Shown: one piece after another, positions 9,646 to 20,106 of the stretch | Layout of the letters: each line of letters begins with the position of its first letter | Position numbering within the stretch: the stretch's first letter is position 1 | Source: an uncultured Sulfurimonas sp. | GTDB lineage: Bacteria > Campylobacterota > Campylobacteria > Campylobacterales > Sulfurimonadaceae | Assembly: GCA_963925755.1 (NCBI GenBank) | Contig: CAWUTM010000054.1 | Coordinates: 1-57,340 of the forward strand | Direction of reading: 5' to 3' | Length of the DNA: 57,340 nucleotides | Notes under the pieces: model-generated | Seen by the model: the letters and a program-made list of their open reading frames with translations, nothing else | What the model was told of the DNA's origin: nothing | Database searches by the model: none | Position numbers and translations under genes: made by a program

Positions 9646-9965
9646 TCTGAAGCACTAATCATAACAGAAGAGTTGACTGTGTCTTCTTTACCTATAAACG
9701 TATGAGTTCCAATACTAAGAGTAAACCCTGTCGTATTTACATCAACACCTTTACACTTTAGAGTTTTATTCTGTTTAAACGCGATGGTCGCATCCATCAT
9801 TTTTTTGTTTTCTTGTTCACTATATTCATTAAACATAACGGCAATTGCCAAAATAGCCAATACTATGGTTGTAATGTTGATTTTTTGTGAGTTGTTAAAT
9901 TCTGTAAAGTAGTGTAATGCAAGGAAAAAGAGTCCAATTACAACGAGTCCTATAATAAATGCCAT
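9636..9965 (-). CDS. hypothetical membrane protein
   Basis: Two N-terminal hydrophobic helices and two Cys. Coupled to murC (1-nt overlap) and mutS2 (10-nt overlap). Confidence 0.75.
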   Translation of the reverse strand: MAFIIGLVVIGLFFLALHYFTEFNNSQKINITTIVLAILAIAVMFNEYSEQENKKMMDATIAFKQNKTLKCKGVDVNTTGFTLSIGTHTFIGKEDTVNSSVMISASDCE

Positions 9966-11278
9966 TAAGCCGTTCCTCTTATTTGAGATGTTATATCGCC
10001 TGCACCAAAACCGATGATGAGACCATGTTCGAGTATTCCAAGATTTTTGTTGTCTTTTACTACCGTAATCGTATTGTTTGCGCGTGTAATTTTATCTGCC
10101 ATTGTTAAGTTATAGTGTTTAAACTTATCTTCAAAGTCAATATGACGAGGAGCTTCGCCAGCCGCCCAAACAGGAAGAATAATGAGTTCCTGAGCACCTT
10201 GGAAACATTCTATAAATGCATCAAGGTTATCAATAGTTCTTGAGTACTTATGCGGTTGCCAAATGGCTGTTATTTTGTCAAACCCTTTAAGTGAAGCATA
10301 TTCTTTTACGGATTCAAAAGTAGCTTTTATTTCTGTAGGATGGTGCCCATAATCGTCTATAATAACACTCTTTTTCTCAAATCCAACGATATCAAAGCGT
10401 TTTTTGATACCCTTAAATGTTAACAGGTTCTCTCGAATTGTCTCTATGTCTATTGATTCATGAGCCGCTAAAATTGCTAACGCGGCATCAAGCGCGATGT
10501 GCTTTCCAAATCCCCAAACGTTAAAGATTCCTAACTCTTTGAGATTGAAGCGAGTGTGAGGGTCATTGTTGATGAGTACATATTCTATATCTGTTATATC
10601 ACGAGAAGGGTAAAGCCAAGTAGCATCGACTTCATCTTTGAGCGTCTCTAAAAATGGGTCTTCGGCGTTTAAAACTTTAAATGGAGCAGACTTTATAAAT
10701 GTTCTATAAGAGTCATAAAATCTTTCATGATTATAGTCATAGTATTCCATATGCTCTGGTTCCGCATTGATAACAATCGAGCAGTAAGGATTTGAGTTTA
10801 CGAAACTTCCATCACTTTCATCTGCTTCAAAAAGCATAATATCCGTTGTTTCATCATAACGAACATTTGAAGAAAAGGCTTTTGATTCGGCCCCGATGAT
10901 TGCCGAACCATTCATTATAGAAGCTAAAATAGCGGTTGTTGTACTTTTACCATGTGCGCCAGCGACTGAGTAAACTTTTCTATCGTCAAGGATTTTAAGA
11001 AGTGCTTCACGACGAGCTAAAACTTCTATTCCTTTTTCTTTTGCGGCCACTATTTCTGGATTATTAGGACTAATAATAGCTGAGTGAATTACTAGGTCTT
11101 GGTCTAAAATAGCACCCTTTGAGTGAGGAACACTAATTTTAATTCCCATTTTGATTAGTTTTTGTGTAATAGGTGTATCTTTTATGTCCGAACCACTTAT
11201 GGTATGACCCTTAAAGTGCATGTACTGAGCTAAACCTGAGATACCTATTCCACCTATCCCGATAAAATGAATCTTCAT
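9965..11278 (-). CDS. murC: UDP-N-acetylmuramate--L-alanine ligase
   Basis: IHFIGIGGIGISG, GAHGKSTTT, EADESDGSF, DDYGHHPTEI, QPHKYSRT and GAGDI motifs. Confidence 0.97.
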   Translation of the reverse strand: MKIHFIGIGGIGISGLAQYMHFKGHTISGSDIKDTPITQKLIKMGIKISVPHSKGAILDQDLVIHSAIISPNNPEIVAAKEKGIEVLARREALLKILDDRKVYSVAGAHGKSTTTAILASIMNGSAIIGAESKAFSSNVRYDETTDIMLFEADESDGSFVNSNPYCSIVINAEPEHMEYYDYNHERFYDSYRTFIKSAPFKVLNAEDPFLETLKDEVDATWLYPSRDITDIEYVLINNDPHTRFNLKELGIFNVWGFGKHIALDAALAILAAHESIDIETIRENLLTFKGIKKRFDIVGFEKKSVIIDDYGHHPTEIKATFESVKEYASLKGFDKITAIWQPHKYSRTIDNLDAFIECFQGAQELIILPVWAAGEAPRHIDFEDKFKHYNLTMADKITRANNTITVVKDNKNLGILEHGLIIGFGAGDITSQIRGTA

Positions 11279-11281
11279 ATG

Positions 11282-11788
11282 TTACTCCGCCTCTACTTTG
11301 GCATTATCTAGCAAGAGTTGCGCCTCTTTGGTAAAGCTTGAGATATAAAAAGTGCCATTACTTTGAGTAAGTTCTATATCCGCTATCTTAGATAGAAAAT
11401 CGTCCAAAGAAATATTTTCGCAAGAAGCTATCCAGTGAAGTTTAAGCGCTGATGAAAATTTATCATCATTTGTAAGACCACTTAGTACTTCAAAAAGAGC
11501 AGACGCGTCTTTAATCGCTTCTGCGCTGTAGTGTTCCATAGCATACTCATAAAGCGCTCTAGTTGTCGCAAAATCCTGTACTTCTTGCATATCCATTTTT
11601 CTATGAGACTCAAGAGCATTTGTAAGGTTTTCAAGTGCTAAGTCTAATATATTTGCATAAAAACCATGCATGTCGTCTTCATTAAATACTGAATGCGCTT
11701 CTTCTTCTAAAACATATAATGACGCGATGTCCGCATTTTCTTGCGCTTTTAATATCTCTTTTTTTAATTCTGTTTCATTTCTAGGCAT
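11282..11788 (-). CDS. hypothetical acidic helical protein
   Basis: 168-aa ORF packed between dapC (8-nt overlap) and murC. No recognised motif. Confidence 0.75.
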   Translation of the reverse strand: MPRNETELKKEILKAQENADIASLYVLEEEAHSVFNEDDMHGFYANILDLALENLTNALESHRKMDMQEVQDFATTRALYEYAMEHYSAEAIKDASALFEVLSGLTNDDKFSSALKLHWIASCENISLDDFLSKIADIELTQSNGTFYISSFTKEAQLLLDNAKVEAE

Positions 11789-12920
11789 TTAAACATTCCT
11801 TGATTCTATTAAGCGCGTTTTCTGTTTTCTCTTCATCTTCTACCAAGGCAATTCTCACATAACCTACACCAGGGTTTTCGCCTTGTGTATTTTCCCTTGC
11901 TAAGAATTCTCCGGGAAGTACTTTTACATTGTACTCTTTATATAGCTTTACTGTAAATTCTAGAGCATTTTGGACTTTAAGCCAGATGTAAAATGTAGCT
12001 TTTGGCACATTTACACCAAGAATTTCTTTAGCAAGCGCAAAGTTATTTTTATAGATCTCTCTAGATTTTGCTACATGAACTTCATCATTCCAAGCAGCTG
12101 CGGCAGCGCTCTGAAGAGGAAGAGGAGAGGCACAGCCAACATAAGTTCTATATTTCATATACTCTACTAATATTTTTGCATCTCCAGCAATAAAACCAGA
12201 ACGTAAACCTGGAGCGGAAGAACGTTTAGAAATAGAATTTATAACTAAGATATTTTGAAAATCAATATTACCGACATGTACCGATGCTTCAAGAAGTGAA
12301 GGTGTAGGAGTATCTGTATAAATTTCACTATAACACTCATCATTTAAAAGAACAAAGTTATGTTTAAGAGCTAAATCGACCCATTCCCCTAACTCCTCTA
12401 TTGTAAGTGTAGAAGTAGTGGGATTGTTTGGGTAGTTAAGAATTACAAGGTCACACTCTGCTAGTTCTTCTTCATTTATAGTTGCTTTAAAATTATTTTC
12501 TTCATTGAGATTAAGGTGTATAGTTTTTGAGCGAGTGGCAATTGCAGCTCCCTCGTAAATCTGGTAGAAAGGATTTGTAAACGCCATGACTGGATTTGTT
12601 TTGTCAAAAAGCAGAAACTGAGGAAAATTAAAAAGTACTTCGCGAGTTCCAAATGTTGGAATAATTTGAGAATTATCTAGTAAAACATTAAACCTTTTAG
12701 AAAAAAAGCTTATCATCGCTTCTCTGAGGTTTTTTTCTCCACCAGTTTTTGGGTACTTTTGTAGAAGTTTAGAGTTCTGAGCTAGCGCGTCTTGTATGAA
12801 AGTAGGCGTGTCAAACTGAGGTTCCCCAATAGTTAAAACAGATGGTAAATAGTTTGAATTAGGCGTGATGTCTTGGAGTAAATCGTTTAGTTTTTCAAAT
12901 GGATAGGGTTCAAAGTTCAT
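11781..12920 (-). CDS. dapC: succinyldiaminopimelate transaminase (class I/II PLP aminotransferase)
   Basis: PYPFEKL, LTIGEP, GTREVLF, NPFYQIYEGAA, PNNPT, DECYSEIY and SISKRSSAPGLRSGF motifs. Confidence 0.88.
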   Translation of the reverse strand: MNFEPYPFEKLNDLLQDITPNSNYLPSVLTIGEPQFDTPTFIQDALAQNSKLLQKYPKTGGEKNLREAMISFFSKRFNVLLDNSQIIPTFGTREVLFNFPQFLLFDKTNPVMAFTNPFYQIYEGAAIATRSKTIHLNLNEENNFKATINEEELAECDLVILNYPNNPTTSTLTIEELGEWVDLALKHNFVLLNDECYSEIYTDTPTPSLLEASVHVGNIDFQNILVINSISKRSSAPGLRSGFIAGDAKILVEYMKYRTYVGCASPLPLQSAAAAAWNDEVHVAKSREIYKNNFALAKEILGVNVPKATFYIWLKVQNALEFTVKLYKEYNVKVLPGEFLARENTQGENPGVGYVRIALVEDEEKTENALNRIKECLNA

Positions 12921-13038
12921 GAGTTTTGCCGTTTTTTAATATTAGTGCAATTATATCTAAAAAAATCATCAAAAAATTAGTATTATTTCAATATTTACTG
13001 ATACAATTATAATAACAATAAATTAAAGTGAGAATATT

Positions 13039-13239
13039 TTGAAAATAGCAGTAAATGGTGAAGAAAGAGAATTTAAAGAAGGGATAACACTAAGCGAAGT
13101 CTTAAAAGAATTGTCTTTAGAAGGAAAAGTAATGGCTGCGGCTATTAATATGGACATAGTTAAACAAGATACTTGGGATACATACCTTGTTAAAAATAAC
13201 GATAAGTTAGAACTCTTGGATTTTGTTGGCGGTGGCTGA
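13039..13239 (+). CDS. thiS: sulfur carrier protein ThiS
   Basis: 66 aa, MKIAVNGE start, C-terminal D.lEll.FVGGG. TTG start. Confidence 0.9.
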   Translation: MKIAVNGEEREFKEGITLSEVLKELSLEGKVMAAAINMDIVKQDTWDTYLVKNNDKLELLDFVGGG

Positions 13240-13590
13240 TTTATCTAACTCTAGGGTTACAACGCCAATAGCATAATCTCCATCATGCGTGATGGATAAA
13301 GAAACATCTAAAATAGAAAATTTTTTGATTATTTTTTTACTAAGAGCTGCTTTTGGCGCGCCTTTTAATGTTTTATAAATCTTGATATCGTGAAAAGAAC
13401 ACTCCGAACCAATGCCTGTGCCTAAAGCCTTAGAAAAAGCTTCTTTAGCGGCCCAAAATCCAGCTGCGGTTTTGTCACTTTTTACGAGTAATATTTCATC
13501 ATCACAAAGAAATCTTGCAAGACCCTTATCTCCAAATCGTTCAATAAGCCGAGACATACGGGAAATTTTGATGATGTCCAAACCTATCAT
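13207..13590 (-). CDS. acpS: holo-[acyl-carrier-protein] synthase
   Basis: IGLDII, AGFWAAKEAFSKALGTG and SITHD motifs. Start set at ATG 13590; GTG 13596 is an alternative. Confidence 0.93.
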   Translation of the reverse strand: MIGLDIIKISRMSRLIERFGDKGLARFLCDDEILLVKSDKTAAGFWAAKEAFSKALGTGIGSECSFHDIKIYKTLKGAPKAALSKKIIKKFSILDVSLSITHDGDYAIGVVTLELDKSATANKIQEF

Positions 13591-13611
13591 ATTCACTTAT
13601 CTCTTATAAAC

Positions 13612-14142
13612 TTACTGAATAACAAATTCTGTAAAGTAAATAGCTCTTATATGACCATCAGTAATCATAGCATTAAGAGTATCAATAATTTGGTCGGAAA
13701 CTTTTGCTTTACCTTTCTTTGAAGAGATCTCTTCAAGAGTTTTAGAAGTGAGAATTCTTATAATTCTATCTCGAAGAACAGGTGCTTTTGCATCTAACTC
13801 TAAACTAAGTTCTTCCCCATCAAGTTCTAATGACATAGCTACCTTTAGGAATCTTCTCCCTGAATCACTTTTTAAGTTTACAGTAAAAGTATCCAGAGGA
13901 TAAAGCATCCCAATTTCACTTAGGTGTCTAGAGTCATCCATATTACTACTTGAAACTCTTTTTTTAGGCTTACTTTTCTCTTGTGCTTGTCGCGTATTTT
14001 GCATTGGTTCTTCATTGTCACCCATTAGCAAAGCAGCGACAAGTCCCCCAACTATAATGATAAATACTAACACGACAATGATAATTATCATTAACATATT
14101 TTTCGGTTTTTTTTCTTCTTCTTTTATCTCTGGTTCAGCCAT
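13612..14142 (-). CDS. fliL: flagellar basal body-associated protein FliL
   Basis: Single N-terminal TM helix; LDTFTVNL, LRDRII and IYFTEFVIQ motifs. Start at ATG 14142 after AAGGA. The fliL-acpS order is typical of Campylobacterota. Confidence 0.93.
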   Translation of the reverse strand: MAEPEIKEEEKKPKNMLMIIIIVVLVFIIIVGGLVAALLMGDNEEPMQNTRQAQEKSKPKKRVSSSNMDDSRHLSEIGMLYPLDTFTVNLKSDSGRRFLKVAMSLELDGEELSLELDAKAPVLRDRIIRILTSKTLEEISSKKGKAKVSDQIIDTLNAMITDGHIRAIYFTEFVIQ

Positions 14143-14237
14143 TCTTCTTCCTTGAAATTGTGATTTTACTAGTATATCGAATAAATTGAACTGATTATAC
14201 AACTATTAATGAGAAAAGTAAACTTTATATTTAAAAT

Positions 14238-15584
14238 TTAGTACCACTCTAAAAGTTTTGTGACTTCATCAACAACAAATGTCTTAACAGTAGTTTTTGT
14301 AAGAGGCTTCTTCGCTACAAGTGCCTTTGTGATATTTTGAAGTTTTGCCTCTTTTAGTCTAGCATCAAGAGCATACACTTCTCTTACGTCACCTACAAGA
14401 GAAACCTCTCCTATAAATACAGTTTCTTTAGATATGGCACGGTCACGAAAACTACTAATAATAGCTGCTAAAATTGCTAAGTCCGCAGCTGTTTCAGTAA
14501 TTTTTATGCCCCCAGTAATATTTATAAATACATCATATCCTGAAAGTGGAATCTCTAGTTTTCTCTCAAGTAGAGCGAGGAGCATATTAAGTCTATTGTT
14601 GTCAAAACCAGTTGCTTGGCGTTTAGAGTTACTTGTGTGTGATTCTGAAACAAGTGCTTGGACCTCTAAGATAATAGGGCGAGAACCTTCCATAACTACA
14701 GTTAGAGCAGAACCACTCTGTTCCGAGTTTCTATTGAAAAAACGTGAGGCTATATCTGTAGCGGGAACTAAACCCTCGGATCTCATCTCAAAAACTCCTA
14801 TCTCGCTCGTGGCGCCAAAACGATTTTTAAAACCTCTGAGTATTCGTAACTCTTGTGAAGAGTCTCCCTCAAAATATAAAACAGTGTCTACCATATGTTC
14901 TAGTACTCTTGGACCAGCGATAGAACCCTCTTTAGTAATATGACCAATAATAAAAATTGCTATATTCTTTTCTTTGGCAATTCTCATAAGTTCAAAAGTT
15001 GTTTGGCGAACTTGTGTCACTGAACCTGGAGCCGATGAAATGTTTTCAGAGTATATAGTTTGAATCGAGTCAATGATAAGAAAGTCATAATGTCTATGTT
15101 CAAGTTCTATTAAAATTTGTTCAAGTCGGATTTCACTTAAGAGATATAAAGTCTCTTCGTTAGATTTAAGTCTATTCGCACGTAGTTTTATCTGTCCAGC
15201 AGACTCTTCACCGGTTACATAAAGTACAGCTTTTTTTGTTGATGCTATGTTTGAACCAACCTTTAAAAGGAGAGTTGACTTTCCAACACCAGGACTTCCA
15301 CCTATTAGGGTGAGTGAACCTGGTACTATTCCACCACCAAGAACACTGTCAAGTTCAGCATCAAGTGAAGAAAAACGAAATACCGTCTCATTCTCAACAC
15401 TAGTTATACTCACGGCTTTAGAGGCGGCTGAAGTTGTGGATTTTGTTTTTTTAACAACATCTTGCTGATGTTCGTTAAGTTCTATAAAACTATCCCAAGC
15501 TCCACAATTAGTACACTTTCCCATCCATTTAGGAGTTGTTAGTCCACAGTGTTGACACTCAAATAGTATTTTTTTCTTAGCCAT
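14238..15584 (-). CDS. radA: DNA repair protein RadA/Sms
   Basis: C4 zinc finger CQHCG...KWMGKCTNC, GGSPGVGKSTLL, DSIQT, KNRFG and a Lon-like C-terminus. Confidence 0.97.
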   Translation of the reverse strand: MAKKKILFECQHCGLTTPKWMGKCTNCGAWDSFIELNEHQQDVVKKTKSTTSAASKAVSITSVENETVFRFSSLDAELDSVLGGGIVPGSLTLIGGSPGVGKSTLLLKVGSNIASTKKAVLYVTGEESAGQIKLRANRLKSNEETLYLLSEIRLEQILIELEHRHYDFLIIDSIQTIYSENISSAPGSVTQVRQTTFELMRIAKEKNIAIFIIGHITKEGSIAGPRVLEHMVDTVLYFEGDSSQELRILRGFKNRFGATSEIGVFEMRSEGLVPATDIASRFFNRNSEQSGSALTVVMEGSRPIILEVQALVSESHTSNSKRQATGFDNNRLNMLLALLERKLEIPLSGYDVFINITGGIKITETAADLAILAAIISSFRDRAISKETVFIGEVSLVGDVREVYALDARLKEAKLQNITKALVAKKPLTKTTVKTFVVDEVTKLLEWY

Positions 15585-15704
15585 GATTTCATCTTTATAT
15601 TTATTTTACTGAATAGGTGATTATAGAATAAAATTAGCAAAAGGTTTAAATATATGTCAAAATGTCATAAATTTAAAATACGAGAGAGGTTATAGAAGAA
15701 GGTT

Positions 15705-16583
15705 TTATTTTTCTTCTATATAGATTGCATCAAGTAAGCCATCAACGAATTCATGTTTATTAAAAGGTGTTAAGTCTTCCGGTTGCTCACCTGTTCCTAC
15801 GAAGATTATAGGAAGTTCTAGCGCAAAGGCTATACTAAAGATACTTCCTCCTTTAGCTGTACCATCGAGTTTTGTAATGATGATTCCATCAATTCCCACC
15901 ATCTCATTGAATGCCTTAGCTTGCGCTATTGCTGAGTTTCCTTGTGTACCATCAATTACTAAAACTGTTCTGTGTGGTGCTCCAGCATGTGCCTTGTCGC
16001 AGATTCTGTTTATCTTTATAAGTTCATTTGCAAGATTTGTTTGGGTATGAAGACGTCCCGCTGTGTCTATTATGACATGATCAATCTTTTTACTTTTTGC
16101 CGAGTCTATAGTGTCAAACGCGACTGCTGAACTATCATGTCCTTGTTTTGAAGAAATTATAGGAACATCAAGTCTTTTAGCCCATAGAGTCAGCTGTTCA
16201 ATGGCTGCTGCGCGAAATGTGTCTCCCGCGCCTAGAATGACACTTTTTCCTTCACTTTTATATCTGTTTGCAAGTTTTGAAATAGTTGTCGTTTTCCCAG
16301 CGCCATTGACTCCAATAATAAGTTCAACAAAAGGTGGATTAAACTCTGGTTCTTTATACGAAGTAAACGCAAGTGTAGCGAGTAGTTTAGAACGAAGTAT
16401 TTCACGTGTGATTTTATCTTGGTATGTTTCACTGAGTATTTTTTCTACAAGTTCATACGCAACATCAGCTTCGAGTAAAATGTCTTCTATCTCAGAATGA
16501 GTAAAACTAATTTTTCTCTTTGGAACTACTACCTTAAGGGCATCAACTGTTTTATTGAGAGATTTTTTTATAAAACCGAACAT
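15705..16583 (-). CDS. ftsY: signal recognition particle receptor FtsY
   Basis: [33 protein letters not shown] and GTGE motifs. Confidence 0.97.
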   Translation of the reverse strand: MFGFIKKSLNKTVDALKVVVPKRKISFTHSEIEDILLEADVAYELVEKILSETYQDKITREILRSKLLATLAFTSYKEPEFNPPFVELIIGVNGAGKTTTISKLANRYKSEGKSVILGAGDTFRAAAIEQLTLWAKRLDVPIISSKQGHDSSAVAFDTIDSAKSKKIDHVIIDTAGRLHTQTNLANELIKINRICDKAHAGAPHRTVLVIDGTQGNSAIAQAKAFNEMVGIDGIIITKLDGTAKGGSIFSIAFALELPIIFVGTGEQPEDLTPFNKHEFVDGLLDAIYIEEK

Positions 16584-17141
16584 TTAGTTACCTAAGGCCT
16601 TCTTAATATCGCTTTCTATAAATTCTTCTTCTGTGGCACCTTGATAGAAGTTTATAAGTTTTCCATTTTTATACATAGCCATAAGTGGAATACCAAAGTT
16701 TCTACCAACTTTTAATTCTGTAGCGATAGCGTTAATAATACGCGCGTTTTCTGGAGAGTTTACAAGTGCATATTTTGCATTATAGTCTTCTGCAAATTGA
16801 GTAAGTTTTGCATCGCTTATGTCGTCTTCAACACTGATTCCTAAGATAAGTAGGTCGTCTTTATATTTTTTTTGTAGTGATGTAAGGTGAGAAGCTTCTG
16901 CTTTACAAGGTGGACACCATGTAGCAAATATATCTAAAATGATAACTTTATCTTTAGCTTGTTTAACATCAAAACCATTTGCGGTTTTACTGAGTGTATA
17001 TTCTTTCTTATCAAGAGACGTAAGAATGTACTCATTTGTAGATAGTAAAGAATTTGCGTCTTCGGAGTTAGATGAGTCGGAACATGCACTTAAAAGTAGT
17101 GTAAGTGTGAGAAGAGATGATATTAATTTAGTATTAAACAT
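16584..17141 (-). CDS. TlpA-family thiol-disulfide oxidoreductase lipoprotein
   Basis: Lipobox LLSAC and FATWCPPC motif. Start moved to ATG 17141 (AAGGA RBS), which removes the overlap with the divergent gene. Confidence 0.88.
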   Translation of the reverse strand: MFNTKLISSLLTLTLLLSACSDSSNSEDANSLLSTNEYILTSLDKKEYTLSKTANGFDVKQAKDKVIILDIFATWCPPCKAEASHLTSLQKKYKDDLLILGISVEDDISDAKLTQFAEDYNAKYALVNSPENARIINAIATELKVGRNFGIPLMAMYKNGKLINFYQGATEEEFIESDIKKALGN

Positions 17142-17218
17142 AATTTTAATTCCTTTTAGTATTATTTTTTGCATATTTTGTGTAATATATGGGAAATTAT
17201 AGCGATTAAAGATTAAAT

Positions 17219-17779
17219 ATGACTCTGAATAAAAGTACATTTAGACAAAATTGTTTACAGAAGATGAGAAATTCACCTAAACATAATAAGCTCTATAAAG
17301 AAAAATTACTTAATAAAAAACTTCTTGAACTTTTAAAAAAAAGTAAAGGACGAAAAATACTTTTTTATTATCCCTTGAAAATTGAAGCTGATATAAGAAA
17401 AACTTTAATACAAATGCGAAGAAAAAGAGAAGTTTATATACCATTTATGCAAGGCGAAAGTTTTAAGATGGTACCATTTAGACTACCGCTAAAAAAGAAA
17501 AAATTTGGTATTTTTGAAGCGGGAAATACAGTTAGAAATATAAGTAAAATAGATATAGTGATAGTCCCTGCAGTTGGGATTGATGGTAATTTACAAAGAG
17601 TTGGTTTTGGAAAAGGAATGTATGATCGTTTCTTTGAAAAGTTACAAAAGAAACCATATATAATTTTTACACAACTAGAATTTTGTTACACAAAAGAGTC
17701 CATTTGTGACAATTATGATGTCAAATGTGACATACTCTTAACACCTAAAAAAGTGATTAAAAAAAAATATAGGATATAA
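17219..17779 (+). CDS. 5-formyltetrahydrofolate cyclo-ligase
   Basis: IDIVIVPAVG, RVGFGKGMYDR and D.k.D motifs. Position upstream of rny is typical of the phylum. Confidence 0.92.
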   Translation: MTLNKSTFRQNCLQKMRNSPKHNKLYKEKLLNKKLLELLKKSKGRKILFYYPLKIEADIRKTLIQMRRKREVYIPFMQGESFKMVPFRLPLKKKKFGIFEAGNTVRNISKIDIVIVPAVGIDGNLQRVGFGKGMYDRFFEKLQKKPYIIFTQLEFCYTKESICDNYDVKCDILLTPKKVIKKKYRI

Positions 17780-17781
17780 AA

Positions 17782-19350
17782 ATGTTAAACGCAATACTAC
17801 TTGGTGGCTCTATAGCTACAGTTAGTGGTGTAATCGGGTTTCTCATTTCTAAAAAAATAACTAGCGCTAACTTTGAAATATATACCGAGCAAGCTAAAGC
17901 GAAAGCAAAGGCTATCGACAATGAGGCACAGACACTTTTAAAACATGCTCACCTAAAGTCAAGTGAGATTGAACTAGAAGCGAAAAAAGAATTTGATAGC
18001 GCTAAACAAAGAGCTAAAGAAGATATGCTTCAAAGAGAAGATGAACTTATCCGTAAAGAGCAGGCTTTTAGTCGATTTAAACAAAATCAAAGTGACAAGA
18101 TAGAATCTGAATATTCTATAGTAAAAGCAAAAAAAGTTAATTTACAAAGAAATGAGAAGTCACTGACTTCACTACAAGAAAAATATGAAAAAAAGATAGA
18201 TGAAGCAATTCATACGATAGAACATAGCGCAGGTTTAACACAGGCTGAGGCTAAAACTATTCTCTTTGAGAAAGTGGAAGAAAAATCTCGTGGAGATATA
18301 GCTCATATAGTAAGAAAGTATGAGAATGAAGCAAAACAAGAGGGTGAAAAAAAGGCAAACTATATTCTTGCTCAGGCAACAAGTCGTTTTGCTGGAGAAT
18401 TTGCAAATGAACGTTTAACAAATAATGTTCACCTAGATAATGATGAACTAAAAGGTCGTATAATTGGTAAAGAGGGACGAAATATACGTTCTTTAGAAAC
18501 ACTTATGGGTGTGGATATTATTATTGATGATACACCAAATACCATACTTGTAAGCAGCTTTAATCTTTATAGACGAGCTATTGCTACAAAAACTTTACAA
18601 CTTTTGATTGCGGATGGACGTATCCAACCTGCGCGTATTGAAGAGATATTTAATAAAGTAAGTACTGAATTTGAAGCAAATATCCTGAGAGAAGGTGAAG
18701 AGTTAGTAGCTGAGATGAATGTTGGGGCAATGCATCCAGAACTTTTAAAGCTTATAGGAAGACTGCGTTATCGTGCTAGTTATGGACAAAATGCTCTTGC
18801 ACATACTCTTGAAGTTGCATACTTAGCTGGTATTATGGCATCAGAAATGGGCGGAGACCCTGTTCTCGCGAAACGAGCAGGTTTACTCCATGACATTGGA
18901 AAGTCTCTCACACATGATCATGATGGAAGTCATGTTGATTTAGGGGTAGAAGTTTGTAGACGTTATAACGAAGGTGAAGTCGTTATAAACGCTATCTACG
19001 CACACCATGGGCAAGAAGAGATTCATACTATAGAATGTGGCGCGGTTTGCGCGGCAGACGCACTATCCGCGGCGCGTCCAGGTGCCAGACGTGAAGTTTT
19101 AGAAAGCTTTTTAAAACGCGTGACTGAAATAGAAGATATTGCTTCTTCTCATCCTGGAGTGAAGCAGTCTTATGCAATCAATGCAGGACGCGAAGTAAGG
19201 GTGATAGTAAACGCGACATTAATCAATGATGACGAGTCTATTCTAATGGCCAAAGAAATAGCCAAAGAGATAGAAGAAAAAGTCCAATACCCGGGTGAGA
19301 TTAAAGTAAATGTCATCCGTGAAAGTCGAGCTGTTGAGTATGCAAAGTAG
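17782..19350 (+). CDS. rny: ribonuclease Y
   Basis: N-terminal TM helix, coiled coil, KH domain (KGRIIGKEGRNIR), HD domain (LLHDIGK) and ADALSAARPGAR. Confidence 0.97.
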   Translation: MLNAILLGGSIATVSGVIGFLISKKITSANFEIYTEQAKAKAKAIDNEAQTLLKHAHLKSSEIELEAKKEFDSAKQRAKEDMLQREDELIRKEQAFSRFKQNQSDKIESEYSIVKAKKVNLQRNEKSLTSLQEKYEKKIDEAIHTIEHSAGLTQAEAKTILFEKVEEKSRGDIAHIVRKYENEAKQEGEKKANYILAQATSRFAGEFANERLTNNVHLDNDELKGRIIGKEGRNIRSLETLMGVDIIIDDTPNTILVSSFNLYRRAIATKTLQLLIADGRIQPARIEEIFNKVSTEFEANILREGEELVAEMNVGAMHPELLKLIGRLRYRASYGQNALAHTLEVAYLAGIMASEMGGDPVLAKRAGLLHDIGKSLTHDHDGSHVDLGVEVCRRYNEGEVVINAIYAHHGQEEIHTIECGAVCAADALSAARPGARREVLESFLKRVTEIEDIASSHPGVKQSYAINAGREVRVIVNATLINDDESILMAKEIAKEIEEKVQYPGEIKVNVIRESRAVEYAK

Positions 19351-19418
19351 AGATTTTAGAATCTTTTAATGCAAAACTCACTATAATCTCGTAATTAATT
19401 TCCCACAGGAGCTTTTCT

Positions 19419-20093
19419 ATGCCAGAATTGTTTACTTTTTTCGGTCTTATCACACATGACAAGACATTTATCTACATCACACACATGCTACTTTCAGCAG
19501 GTATTGCACTACTTCTAGTAAGAGTAGCAATGAGTAACTTACAGTTAGTTCCAAAAGGTACTCAAAACATTATGGAAGCATATATTTCTGGTGTTTTACA
19601 AATGGGAACAGATGTAATGGGAAAAGAAGCGGCTAGCCGTTATCTTCCACTTGTTGCAACAATCGGTCTTTTTGTTGGAATAGCTAACTTAATAGGTGTT
19701 GTTCCAGGTTTTGAAGCTCCAACAGCATTTTTAGAAATGCCTTTAACTCTTGCTCTTGTTGTTTTCGTTTACTACAACTTTGAAGGTATCCGTAGACAAG
19801 GTGTTGTAAAGTACTTTAAGCACTTTTTAGGTCCAGTATGGTGGTTATACTGGTTAATGTTTCCAATCGAGATCGTTTCTCACTTCTCACGTTTAGTGTC
19901 TTTATCTTTCCGTCTTTTTGGAAATGTAAAAGGTGATGATATGTTCTTGATGGTTATTCTTATGCTAGCTCCATGGATTTTACCAATGGTTCCATTCGCA
20001 CTATTGACTTTTATGGCACTTTTACAAGCTTTTATATTTATGATGCTTACTTACGTCTACCTTGGTGGTGCTGTTACTATAGAAGACCACTAG
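19419..20093 (+). CDS. atpB: F0F1 ATP synthase subunit a
   Basis: [21 protein letters not shown] and [13 protein letters not shown] motifs. AGGAG RBS; TATAAT at 19382-19387. Confidence 0.96.
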   Translation: MPELFTFFGLITHDKTFIYITHMLLSAGIALLLVRVAMSNLQLVPKGTQNIMEAYISGVLQMGTDVMGKEAASRYLPLVATIGLFVGIANLIGVVPGFEAPTAFLEMPLTLALVVFVYYNFEGIRRQGVVKYFKHFLGPVWWLYWLMFPIEIVSHFSRLVSLSFRLFGNVKGDDMFLMVILMLAPWILPMVPFALLTFMALLQAFIFMMLTYVYLGGAVTIEDH

Positions 20094-20106
20094 GTTCTCT
20101 CTTCGT

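Noticed and set aside
12921-13038. TPP riboswitch upstream of thiS
   Set aside because: The spacer is very AT-rich, lacks the CUGAGA and other TPP core motifs, and is mostly taken up by divergent promoters.
17142-17218. 6S RNA upstream of the 5-formyl-THF cyclo-ligase gene, as in many Proteobacteria
   Set aside because: Only 77 nt separate the divergent genes, too short for a 6S RNA of about 180 nt.
17759-17767. Poly-A tracts (A9 here, A8 near 2352-2359) as phase-variation sites
   Set aside because: Such runs are expected in an AT-rich genome, no frame is broken, and Campylobacterota contingency loci usually use poly-G/C tracts, which I did not see.
19419-20093. atpB separated from the rest of the atp operon
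   Set aside because: Split atp loci are normal in Campylobacterota.
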